A DNA stretch of 63,485 nt, counting the filler, from Octopus bimaculoides (taxonomy: Eukaryota), in assembly GCF_001194135.2 (NCBI RefSeq). It is 8 parts of 7 records of this genome, joined end to end, with 100 filler letters (N's around TTAATTAATTAA, not from the genome) between each part and the next. Parts side by side here need not be neighbours in the genome. Positions count along the whole stretch, not along the records: positions 1 to 21,613 come from NC_068995.1; positions 21,714 to 45,274 come from NC_068991.1; 6 more parts are not named here. One strand, written 5' to 3'. The position numbers and the translations under genes are program-made. How positions within the stretch are numbered: position 1 is the stretch's first letter; every line of letters starts with the position of its first letter. Below the pieces are notes generated by a model. The model ran no database searches and was not told where the DNA came from. It saw nothing but the letters and a program-made list of their open reading frames with translations. This document shows positions 13,519 to 24,305 of the stretch, in pieces.

Positions 13519-14189
13519 TACCTCTACTGTTTCCATCACACTTCTATAGTTATCCCTACAATTCTGTAGCTAGTATTCGACCTCTTTACTCGTACTATAC
13601 CACTACATTTTTATAATATAGCTATGAACGCATCTCTGTTAGACCAGTCTATTGTGTGAAGCTGTGGTATCTGATAGATTACCCAGCGCCTTTAAAACTG
13701 TTGGTAATATCCTTCTTTTCTGACCTATATTTAGATTCTTTGTTCTTGTGAGTTCTATCGCACTTCTATTCTCCGAACTTGCAAAAACAAGGAAATCCGT
13801 TATATGTGTTAAATTAGAAAAAATAAAAAACGCGCAACGAAATCTACACTAAGCTATTTCGAATTTAATGTCGAATAAAATTAAGAGTTGTCTCCCCCGA
13901 TGAATTATCTCCCCTGCATACTCACGTTCGAAATAAATTTTGTAAAATTGGTATAAGATACAAAGTGACTCGAAGGCCAAGAGTTTCTTACATTGGAACT
14001 TGTCAAACTCCTGTATTACCGTTTACCAAATCTACACCCTTTTTGAAATATAGTTAAGTTAGTGTTTACAAATTAAATTTAACGAGGAGTCCCCAAGAAT
14101 CTAATTAGAAATAAATTGTGCGGTGATGAAATGACAGCATTCGCTCGATGACTTCTATTTTGATAATTCTTGCGAGCTGCTAGAATCCT

Positions 14190-14378
14190 TATGAGGTGAG
14201 GTAAAATGCTCAGCGGCATTTCGTCTGTCTTTACGTTCTGCGTTCAAATTGTACCGAGGTCGATTATGCCTGTCGTCCTTTTGGGTTCGTTAAAATAAGT
14301 ATCTGTTGAGCACAGGGTCGATGTAATCGATGGTCCCCTCTCCGAAATCGCAGGCCTTGTGCCGAAATTTGAAACCAA
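14190..14378 (+). mobile_element. SINE A copy
   Basis: gttcaaattgtaccgaggtcga..cctttgggttcgttaaaataagta..gatgtaatcga core. Confidence 0.75.
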
Positions 14379-14651
14379 TCTTCGCAAGCATGGGAGACAA
14401 ATCCGGTTTATTATATTACGCTCTCGAATTCAAATGGTCGAAGAGGGGGTCCTCCGGGGAATCTCTTGAGTAATGTTACTGGACAGAATTCATAGCTGAG
14501 AGATCGGAGAGTCTCTCCAGGTCGAGTCACAACTTCTCCAGATTGAGAAGTTATGGCTCTAGTTATACGGACTAGAATGTCACAAGAAAGGATCGCGTGA
14601 CGTGATAACCGACAGGAGACCCAAGAGTAGATGATGAACGCAATGGTTGGA

Positions 14652-14954
14652 TAAAGATTGATTGCCAACATAACATGGCAGTCCTGGTTAAGGACTAATG
14701 TTACTGTAATTTAACCATAGGAGACATCGTCTCCAGCTGGCTATACGACACGATTTGTGTCCTTATATTTTCGAACAAGGGAATTTAGCACCCCAACTCA
14801 GCTCAAAACAATATCTGTGCATCGCCATTTCTGAGTTATTTTCCATCATCAGCACAGAATAATAGCCAGCTGGAGACGATGTCTCCTGGGGCTAAATTAC
14901 AGTAACATTAGTCCTAAACCAGGACTGCCATGTTACATCGGCAAGCAATCTTTA
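14652..14954. mobile_element. Fold-back/MITE with 93-bp inverted arms and a 117-bp spacer
   Basis: Arms 14652-14744 and 14862-14954; 8 mismatches by manual alignment. Confidence 0.85.
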
Positions 14955-16544
14955 CTACAAAGGACTGTTGCTGAATATCTCACATTGTGAGAATTAAAAT
15001 ATAGTAATTTTTTAACGGTTGGGTAATATCTACAGTCTCTGTTGGTCAAAGCTGGTAATCCAGCCAAAAAGTGCTATAATGGTTATTTCAGACAGGACCC
15101 TGTGGAGAGTGGGGTGCCAGAGGGCTCTACACCCATCACCTTGCCAAGAATAGTGGGCAGAAAAAATAGATGGCTGGAACACTAAATTAACTGATAGTTT
15201 TCTATGCAGTTCAGGCCCCTGAGTAAACTGCTCAACATTGTTTTGGTACTTTTTTCTCTCTAAATTATTTTTCTCACATTAAGAAGAAGGGAAATTTCTT
15301 TTGATTTATGGCAATCTTTTAGTATGTGTTGAGAGGCGGACATAGTGACGTTGTGTGTACAAGTTATATAACTTTGGATTGTGTGTTCAAATCCGTTGCG
15401 TTGCCGAGGAGAAAAGCCGTATATTGTTTGGCTGTTGTTGCTTAGCTAGCTTGCTGTCGATTTTGATTCAGAAAACCTATGATTAAAGGTATTTTAAGCT
15501 GTAACTACTACCCACGACTTTCAAGCATTGCCTATTTAAGAATATTTTTTACTCAACGTCTTCCACCGTTTTGATGAGTAGAAAAAATGTGGGTGTTATT
15601 TCTAGCTGGTCGAACGAATTCTTAGCGGCTCTCCCTTCTGCTCGCTTTTATTGTATTTTATTCTATTCTATTCTATTCTATTCTACTGGTGTTGACCTGT
15701 AACGTTTAAGTGTATATATGATAACTATAGTATTATTCAGTAAATTAAANNNNNNNNNNNNNNNNNNNNNNNNNNNNNNNNNNNNNNNNNNNNNNNNNNN
15801 NNNNNNNNNNNNNNNNNNNNNNNNNNNNNNNNNNNNNNNNNNNNNNNNNNNNNNNNNNNNNNNNNNNNNNNNNNNNNNNNNNNNNNNNNNNNNNNNNNNN
15901 NNNNNNNNNNNNNNNNNNNNNNNNNNNNNNNNNNNNNNNNNNNNNNNNNNNNNNNNNNNNNNNNNNNNNNNNNNNNNNNNNNNNNNNNNNNNNNNNNNNN
16001 NNNNNNNNNNNNNNNNNNNNNNNNNNNNNNNNNNNNNNNNNNNNNNNNNNNNNNNNNNNNNNNNNNNNNNNNNNNNNNNNNNNNNNNNNNNNNNNNNNNN
16101 NNNNNNNNNNNNNNNNNNNNNNNNNNNNNNNNNNNNNNNNNNNNNNNNNNNNNNNNNNNNNNNNNNNNNNNNNNNNNNNNNNNNNNNNNNNNNNNNNNNN
16201 NNNNNNNNNNNNNNNNNNNNNNNNNNNNNNNNNNNNNNNNNNNNNNNNNNNGCTAAAGATGTAAACTAGGGTTCGCTAGGCTGTCGTTATCGGGAATTTT
16301 CTTAGTTTAAATTTATGAATAAAAAAAATTCTGGTAGTTTTCTATGTGAATTATCTCCCCTAGATATTTCACAGTCACTGAGAGTTATCGCCCTTACAGT
16401 TGAAATATATTCTATTTATAAAACATCCGCGTGAAAAAATATTGGCTCATCAACCTGTCTCTGCGCACGCACGCACGCACACACACACACACACACATAT
16501 CTCTTTTGGCATGAATACAGTTGAGAAAGTACTGAATATTTCTA

Positions 16545-16820
16545 TTCAAATATCTTATACCCTTTACTCTTTTACTTGTTACAGTCATTTGACTGCGGCC
16601 ATGCTAGAGCACCGCCTTTAATCGAGCAAATAGACCCCAAGTTACGGGGACATAAACACACCAGCATCGGTTGTCAAGCAATGTTTGGGGGGACAAACAC
16701 AGACACACAAACATACATATATATATAGTAGAAGACACCTGCCCAAGGTGCCACGCAGTGGGACTGAACCTGGAACCATGTGGTTGGTAAGCAAGCTACT
16801 TACTACACAGCCACTCCTAT
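16545..16820 (-). mobile_element. SINE B with internal deletion
   Basis: Head gtggctgtgtagtaagtagcttgcttaccaaccacatggttcc and tail both present on the - strand. Confidence 0.85.
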
Positions 16821-17326
16821 GTGCCGGTGTGTTTGTGAATGTGCTGGGCTTGGTGGATGGTGCGTTACACTCACGATTACAATGATTTAGTTCCAGTTCT
16901 AGGACAATTGGGTTTTATGTTCTTCAGTTAGGAGTCCTGAAACTTTTCAAAACTAATCGTTTACATAACTTATTCCTTTGAAACCCACTGAATTCTCCAT
17001 CACGTATTATCATTATGAAATCCATTAAACATTTGAACTTTTATTATCTTCTCTTAATGTGAAATTTATTGCACATTTGAATCTGTATGAATGTTTGGTT
17101 CTCGTAAGCATGTTTCACTAAATTTTCTCTTGTATCTTTAATTTCTTGTAAACTTTTTTAATTTTAATGTTTGAAAACAAAATAATTGCTGAAACCAGTA
17201 CGGTATTTTAATAAATTTGCTAAAAAAATTGAAAACTACAATTTCCTTTAAGACTCTAAGTGCATTTTTAAATCCCCAAACCAACACACCCACATTATTT
17301 CTTACACGGAAATAAACCTCGTTTTT

Positions 17327-17386
<60 letters not shown>

Positions 17387-17477
17387 TTTAAATTACGATG
17401 AACGTAAACAAAGAAACAAAGTTTGCCTTATTTTAGAAGCGTTGAGATGTCTTAGAAAGTTAAAGAAATGATTTTAA

Positions 17478-17641
17478 ATTCTCAAATGCAGGATAATGCT
17501 AATAATATAGCCTGAATAGGATAAGCTACCCCTATTTTGCAGAAAAAAGTGTAGAGCTGGCCGCCTACACTTTTTTCTGCAAAATATGGGTATCTTATCC
17601 TGTTCAGGCTATATTATTAGCATTATCCTGCATTTGAGAAT
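17478..17641. repeat. Near-perfect palindrome: 77-bp arms, 10-nt loop
   Basis: attctcaaatgcaggataatgc..aaaaaagtgtag-agctggccgc-ctacactttttt..gcattatcctgcatttgagaat; 3 mismatches, one of them a U:G wobble. Confidence 0.92.
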
Positions 17642-17853
17642 ATATACATATATATATGTTTATTTGCGACAAGGGTGACAGCGGTGGTTTTCCTTCAAAC
17701 TTTGCAATGAACCGTTGTATCTCCTTGTAGGTTCGTTAATGTTTATTGAAAATTTTGTATGAGTTGCTGTATGAGAAATGATGTATTTGTGTAGAAAAAA
17801 TACCTGTGATTTTATGCCGTATCTAAACTAAATTCTTTTGCTGTCTTCTCCAG

Positions 17854-17954
17854 GCTCTGGTATTGCTGATGATGAATTGAAAACAGCCGAGGAAAAGTTT
17901 GAAGAAACAAAAGCTATCACGGAGACAGCTATGTTTAATTTACTTGATAATGAT
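17854..17954 (+). CDS. EndoA: Endophilin-A internal exon (N-BAR domain), 101 nt, phase 1 to 0
   Basis: Acceptor ttttgctgtcttctccag and donor GTAAGT. Translates (G)SGIADDELKTAEEKFEETKAITETAMFNLLDND, matching the endophilin A BAR segment ([31 protein letters not shown]-like, recalled). Confidence 0.93.
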
Positions 17955-18096
17955 GTAAGTATTTCAGTGGTGTGTGTTTTGCATGTGTGTTCGTACTGCC
18001 TTCAGTAAATATCCTATAAATACCTTTGTTAAAATTCCTTTCCTATTACTAATGTAAGAAATTTTTTATTATTATTATTAGTATTATTATCACCAA

Positions 18097-18308
18097 GGCG
18101 GTGAGCTGGCGGAATCATTGGCACATTGGATGAAATGCTTTACAGCATTTTGCCTGTCGCTACGTTCTTGGTTCAAATTCCACCATGGTCGACTTTGCCT
18201 TTTGTCCATTCAGAGTCAATAAATTAAGTACCAGTTACGCTCTGGGGTTAATGTAATCAACTATCCCCCTTCCTCAAGATTTCAGGCCTCGTGCCTATAG
18301 TAGAAAGG

Positions 18309-18358
<50 letters not shown>

Positions 18359-18634
18359 GAAGGCAAGGAGCTGGCAGAGTTGTTAGCATTCTGATTGAAA
18401 TGCTTGGTGGAATTTTGTCCATCTTAGCATTCTGAGTTCAAATCCCGCTGAGGTCGACTTCACCTTTCACCCTTTCGGGGTCTTTAGATTAAGTACCAGT
18501 GAAACACTGGGTTCGATGTAATCGATTAGTCCCTTCCCCCAGAATTTCAGACCTTGTGCCTTTAGTAGAAGTGATTATTATTATTATTATCATTATTATT
18601 ATTACTTCTATTTTTATTATCATTGTCATAGTTA

Positions 18635-18679
<45 letters not shown>

Positions 18680-18895
18680 CATCATTTAAAATGGTGAGGT
18701 GGCAGAATCATTAGCATGCCGAGCAAAATGCTTAGCAGCATTTCGTCCGTCTTTAAGTTCTGAGTTCAAATTCATCCCAGATCAGCTTTGTTTCCCATCC
18801 TCTTGGGGTTGATAAAAATGAATATGTGTTGAACACTGAGGTTGCTGTAATTGACTTAACCACTCCTTGCTGTCCTTAAGTCAAAATTTGAAACA
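18097..18895 (+). mobile_element. Three head-to-tail SINE A copies in the endophilin intron (18097, 18362, about 18695)
   Basis: Same head, core and (ATT)n tails as 8215-8992. Confidence 0.88.
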
Positions 18896-18956
18896 ACCAC
18901 CACCACCACCACCACTACTACTTTTACTACTGTTCTCCTAATTGTTATTATTACAG

Positions 18957-19060
18957 GTGGAGCAAATCTCCCAGTTGCAAGCTTTTGTGGAGGCTATAAC
19001 AAACTACCATAAACAGTCTGCTTCAATTCTTGAGCGACTTTGTGAGACACTTGACTACAA
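18957..19060 (+). CDS. EndoA: Endophilin-A exon (end of BAR), 104 nt, phase 0 to 2
   Basis: Acceptor ttattacag and donor GTAAGT. Translates VEQISQLQAFVEAITNYHKQSASILERLCETLDY, matching IEQVSQL..LV.AQL.YHKQA..IL. Phase matches the previous exon. Confidence 0.94.
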
Positions 19061-19142
19061 GTAAGTAACGCAGTTGTTGTATGTGCGTATGGGCATGTCT
19101 GTGCATGCATGTATATGTCTGTGTGTGTGTGTGTTTGTACTT

Positions 19143-19360
19143 ATATCATCATCATCGTCCAGTGTTTTAAATCCGGGTTTTGTCCCCGTTAACAGGGGTG
19201 GCTGGATCTACCTCAATGCTATAGCAACCGAGGTAGGCAGGTGCAGCCCACCCCCAACCTTTGGGCTGCCTGGTGCCCATTCTCCTTTGCTATCATGAGG
19301 CTTTTTTTGGAGCTGGATTTTCTACAGGGAGCATGCCCTTGCTTACCCCCAACCTCAGTT
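19143..19360 (-). mobile_element. RTE-related 3' tail, inverted, in the endophilin intron
   Basis: (CAT)n tail; 19155-19230 is similar to the reverse complement of 20775-20850. Confidence 0.55.
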
Positions 19361-19999
19361 NNNNNNNNNNNNNNNNNNNNNNNNNNNNNNNNNNNNNNNN
19401 NNNNNNNNNNNNNNNNNNNNNNNNNNNNNNNNNNNNNNNNNNNNNNNNNNNNNNNNNNNNNNNNNNNNNNNNNNNNNNNNNNNNNNNNNNNNNNNNNNNN
19501 NNNNNNNNNNNNNNNNNNNNNNNNNNNNNNNNNNNNNNNNNNNNNNNNNNNNNNNNNNNNNNNNNNNNNNNNNNNNNNNNNNNNNNNNNNNNNNNNNNNN
19601 NNNNNNNNNNNNNNNNNNNNNNNNNNNNNNNNNNNNNNNNNNNNNNNNNNNNNNNNNNNNNNNNNNNNNNNNNNNNNNNNNNNNNNNNNNNNNNNNNNNN
19701 NNNNNNNNNNNNNNNNNNNNNNNNNNNNNNNNNNNNNNNNNNNNNNNNNNNNNNNNNNNNNNNNNNNNNNNNNNNNNNNNNNNNNNNNNNNNNNNNNNNN
19801 NNNNNNNNNNNNNNNNNNNNNNNNNNNNNNNNNNNNNNNNNNNNNNNNNNNNNNNNNNNNNNNNNNNNNNNNNNNNNNNNNNNNNNNNNNNNNNNNNNNN
19901 NNNNNNNNNNNNNNNNNNNNNNNNNNNNNNNNNNNNNNNNNNNNNNNNNNNNNNNNNNNNNNNNNNNNNNNNNNNNNNTATATATATATATATATATAT

Positions 20000-20150
20000 A
20001 TTCCACTGAAGTTGACTTTACTTTTCATCTTTTCGGGGTCGATAAAATAATTACCAGTTGAACACTGGGGTCAATGTAATCAACTTACCCCTTCCCTAAA
20101 ATTGCTGCCATTGTGGAAAAACTGGAAACCATTATTATTATTATTATTAT
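20000..20150 (+). mobile_element. 5'-truncated SINE A whose (ATT)n tail abuts an exon acceptor
   Basis: Core ttttcatcttttcggggtcgataaaataattaccagttgaacactgggg; tail ends about 10 nt before the AG at 20159-20160. Confidence 0.8.
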
Positions 20151-20160
20151 TTCTTTACAG

Positions 20161-20336
20161 GAGGGAAGATGCTGTGAGTCGTCCAAAATCTGACCATGTT
20201 GTGAAACGTGTAACTTCCTTCCGTCGGAGTGCCTCCCCATCTCCGTTCAACGATGATGACGGTTTCGGAGACGCTGCATCCAGCAGCTCGGGTGGTGGTT
20301 ACAACTTCCCTAGCACAGCTTCTCTTGGCGAATCAG
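20161..20336 (+). CDS. EndoA: Endophilin-A BAR-SH3 linker exon, 176 nt, phase 2 to 1
   Basis: Acceptor tttctttacag and donor cag|GTAAGT. Open frame (K)REDAVSRPKSDHVVKRVTSFRRSASPSPFNDDDGFGDAASSSSGGGYNFPSTASLGES. Phases join both neighbouring exons exactly. Confidence 0.88.
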
Positions 20337-20544
20337 GTAAGTGCAAACCGGATGTGTATGTGCAGACCAGGAATCGAACTCACTACCTCATGATTGTGAG
20401 CTTGACATTTTATCCACTGAACGATATACATATATATATATAACACACACGTGCATGTATACAATTGTGTATATGTATTCTTGTAGATATGAATATGTAC
20501 GTGTATGTACATGTATGTGTGTGTCTGTTGTAATTATATATGAT

Positions 20545-20850
20545 GGGGATGCTGGGGTTGGAGGAATTGGTGGAACATCTGGCAAGAGCGAATGGAGTGC
20601 GGTGGTATGGACATGTGTTGAGGGGGGATGTGGATCAGGCTGTGAGGAACATGCTTCAGTTTAGAGTGAATGAACCGTGAAAGCAAGGTCGACCAAAGAA
20701 AATGTGGAGGAGGAAATTGGAGGGAGTTGGTTTGAGGAGGGAGGATGCCCAAACCCTTGCGGGATGGTGTGAGAGTGGTGGCTGTAAGAGTGAGATAGAT
20801 CTGGACGCCCCCATTGATGGTGGACAAACCCAGATTTAAAATATTGGGCA
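20545..20850 (+). mobile_element. RTE LINE 3' fragment in the endophilin intron
   Basis: LGLEELVEHLARANGVRWYGHVLR...QGRPKKMW, the typical RTE C-terminal W.GHV.R and GRPK motifs. Confidence 0.75.
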
Positions 20851-20899
20851 AGAAAAATAAAATACATGTGTATATGCGTGTGTGGGTATGTATATACCC

Positions 20900-21385
20900 A
20901 CACATCTATCAATCAATCACTCTTCACTCACTCACTCCATCACTCACACACTCATTCACTCGCACTCACTACATTGCTCACTCATCTATCAATCAATCAC
21001 TCTTCACTCACTCTCTCCATCACTCATTTACTCACACTCACTAATCACTCCCTCACTCATTCTGTTGCTCACTCATTGTATCACTCACTTGTCTCGCTCA
21101 TCTAACAATCTACAACACTCTTCACTCCATCACTCACACTGGCTACATCACTCACTCACTCATTCTGTCGCTCACTCATCTGTCAATCAATCACACTCTT
21201 CACTCACTCACACTCACTACATCAGTCACTCACTCATTCTGTCACTCACTCGTTGTATCACTCATCTGTCAATCAATCACACTCTTCACTCACTCATTTT
21301 ATCACTCAAACACTCATTCATTCACACTCACAACATCACTCTATCACTACGTCACTCACTTATTGTATCACACTCACATTCATCA

Positions 21386-21430
<45 letters not shown>
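20900..21430. repeat. Degenerate (CACT)n/(TCA)n tract ending in (CA)n
   Basis: Almost G-free on the + strand; an 80-bp higher-order duplication starts at 20904 and 20984. Confidence 0.9.
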
Positions 21431-21431
<1 letters not shown>

Positions 21432-21473
21432 TCCACCTCTTGCCTCACACTCTGTCTCTGTCTTGTTTTCCAG

Positions 21474-21613
21474 TGAACAAGCCGAAGCCATGCTGCAAGG
21501 CCATGTACGACTTTGAGCCAGAGAACGAAGGAGAGCTGGGATTCTCCGAAGGGGACATCATCGACCTAATACAGAAAGTAGACGACAACTGGTTCGAGGG
21601 TAGCATCCGAGGC
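21474..21613 (+). CDS. EndoA: Endophilin-A SH3 exon, 3'-truncated by assembly gap
   Basis: Acceptor tcttgttttccag, phase 1. Translates (V)[46 protein letters not shown]; [18 protein letters not shown] is the endophilin A SH3 signature. N run begins at 21614. Confidence 0.96.
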
Positions 21614-21713
21614 NNNNNNNNNNNNNNNNNNNNNNNNNNNNNNNNNNNNNNNNNNNNTTAATTAATTAANNNNNNNNNNNNNNNNNNNNNNNNNNNNNNN
21701 NNNNNNNNNNNNN
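21614..21713. other. Artificial 100-bp gap spacer: 44 N + TTAATTAATTAA + 44 N (also at 45319, 49854, 55796, 57951, 60012, 61627)
   Basis: The same palindromic 12-mer, with stops in all six frames, sits inside an N run seven times, always 44 N from the left edge. Confidence 0.95.
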
Positions 21714-22010
21714 TTATCGTCTACCCCAATAACATTTATTGAATATAGGAAATTGTATGAACATTTGAATTTTTAAGGATGCTTTTCTGAATTTTCTCCT
21801 GTACCTTCAAATCTCTTCAACGCATAATCAATTTTATTTTTACCACCGAGAAAGAAAAACAAATCGGTATGGTATTTAATAAATTTGCTAAAAAATCTAA
21901 AACTACTTTGTTTTAAGACTCAAGTACGTTTTCAATCCCACAATACCAAATCTCCTATATTCTTTCCAACAGGGGAATGAACTCTTTTCTTCATACATGC
22001 ATAAATGCAT

Positions 22011-22072
<62 letters not shown>

Positions 22073-24162
22073 GTGTGTGTGTATATATGCATATATTATG
22101 TGTATATAGGTGTATTTAAGTATATGTATATTTATACATAAGTGTATTTGTGAGTGTGTTTTCATGTGTATGTATGTATGTGTGTGGCTATATATATATT
22201 CTTTTACACTTTTACTTTTCATATGTTTCAGCCTTAGGGCCGTGGCACTGCTGGGGCAGCACCAATATATATATATATANNNNNNNNNNNNNNNNNNNNN
22301 NNNNNNNNNNNNNNNNNNNNNNNNNNNNNNNNNNNNNNNNNNNNNNNNNNNNNNNNNNNNNNNNNNNNNNNNNNNNNNNNNNNNNNNNNNNNNNNNNNNN
22401 NNNNNNNNNNNNNNNNNNNNNNNNNNNNNNNNNNNNNNNNNNNNNNNNNNNNNNNNNNNNNNNNNNNNNNNNNNNNNNNNNNNNNNNNNNNNNNNNNNNN
22501 NNNNNNNNNNNNNNNNNNNNNNNNNNNNNNNNNNNNNNNNNNNNNNNNNNNNNNNNNNNNNNNNNNNNNNNNNNNNNNNNNNNNNNNNNNNNNNNNNNNN
22601 NNNNNNNNNNNNNNNNNNNNNNNNNNNNNNNNNNNNNNNNNNNNNNNNNNNNNNNNNNNNNNNNNNNNNNNNNNNNNNNNNNNNNNNNNNNNNNNNNNNN
22701 NNNNNNNNNNNNNNNNNNNNNNNNNNNNNNNNNNNNNNNNNNNNNNNNNNNNNNNNNNNNNNNNNNNNNNNNNNNNNNNNNNNNNNNNNNNNNNNNNNNN
22801 NNNNNNNNNNNNNNNNNNNNNNNNNNNNNNNNNNNNNNNNNNNNNNNNNNNNNNNNNNNNNNNNNNNNNNNNNNNNNNNNNNNNNNNNNNNNNNNNNNNN
22901 NNNNNNNNNNNNNNNNNNNNNNNNNNNNNNNNNNNNNNNNNNNNNNNNNNNNNNNNNNNNNNNNNNNNNNNNNNNNNNNNNNNNNNNNNNNNNNNNNNNN
23001 NNNNNNNNNNNNNNNNNNNNNNNNNNNNNNNNNNNNNNNNNNNNNNNNNNNNNNNNNNATATATATATATATATATATATAATACAAAATGGGACAAGAA
23101 CATCCAGACAATTAGGTGATACAAAAAATAGATAACAACAGCTGGTTATACTCGAGATTGCTCCAATCTGGCCAGCCCCAAAGAAAAACTAATTTCAGAT
23201 CATATATATATATCATTATAACCCTGACCGTTATCTAGTTCAGTATTTTGTATTGCGTTAATATTAGTATTTACACAGTGTTTCTTTAACATTTTGGATG
23301 AGTTTAGTTTTAATTTTGCTCTATAATCATAGAACTGATGATATTGAGAGAGTTATATGTTATAACATTTAATCTAATGTACGTGATACCACATCTTGCA
23401 GAGATAAATGGTCTTTTGAGTTGTTTTGTGCAATTGTTTAGGCCTAACTCAGTGGCCATGATAAAAACTCGTTCAAGTTATGCCCACACAATTTTCTTTC
23501 TCTCCCTTTTTAGGAATAATACATCTCGGGCTGCATTCGCCAGTTCACCAGCTTTCTTCTTTTTCATTTTTTCAAGACGGTAGGTCCTGGTTTGAGAGAT
23601 ATTTGGCAGAATCTTGGTTCACATACAAATTTAAGATTCTACCTTGATCACATAGATATTTAGTTTTTGTGTAATCGATAAAATATTTATAAATGATATT
23701 ATAAATATTCAAAACAATCGACTGTAGACTTCTATTCTAACAACTGTCCTAGTACCTTAGTATTAACCTAAATATATATCACACAATTTTTATTGAACTT
23801 GAACATTCTATAATATATATTGTATAAAATGTATTCTATTTTTTTTTCATGTAGTCAACACTAAATAATTACGTATTATTTCAAGGTAAAGCCATAGTAT
23901 TTAAGAAGTTTCAGCGAGATAAATAGATAACTGAATCTTATATTCTTGTGTACAGTTAACATTTACCTCTAAATATAGTTTTGATGTACGTACAAAGTCA
24001 TCTTTATAATAATCTGCTTGTTCGTCCGCCCGTTATACTTTAGTTAGTTAGAAAGGGGGAGGTGGAGTGAGTGAGAAGTGGAGTAAAAGGGTGTGTGCGT
24101 AAGAGTAAGATGGAGGTGAGGAGTGTGGGTAGAAAAGAAAAAGTGAGGAAGAAGTAGAGAAA

Positions 24163-24305
24163 GAAATTCCGCTGAGGTCGACTTTGCCCTTCATCCTTTC
24201 GGAGTCGATAAATTAAGTACCAGTTACGCACTGGAGTCGATGTAATCGACTTAACCCCTTTGTTTGTCCCCTCTATGTTTAGCCCCTTGTGGGCAATAAA
24301 GAAAT
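24163..24305 (+). mobile_element. 5'-truncated SINE A core with a different tail
   Basis: Core as in family A, but ends tttgtcccctctatgtttagccccttgtgggcaataaagaaat. Confidence 0.75.

Noticed and set aside
17693-17703. 11-nt intronic complement to exon 17894-17904 (possible editing-complementary sequence)
   Set aside because: Short and AT-rich; chance level.
20882-21473. 259-aa His/Ser/Leu-rich ORF running in frame into the SH3 exon
   Set aside because: The G-poor repeat simply lacks stop codons; a canonical phase-matched acceptor at 21473 explains the SH3 exon.
21658-21669. Recurrent TTAATTAATTAA (PacI-like, homeobox-like) motif
   Set aside because: It always lies inside an N run, 44 N from the left edge; it is a synthetic six-frame-stop gap spacer.
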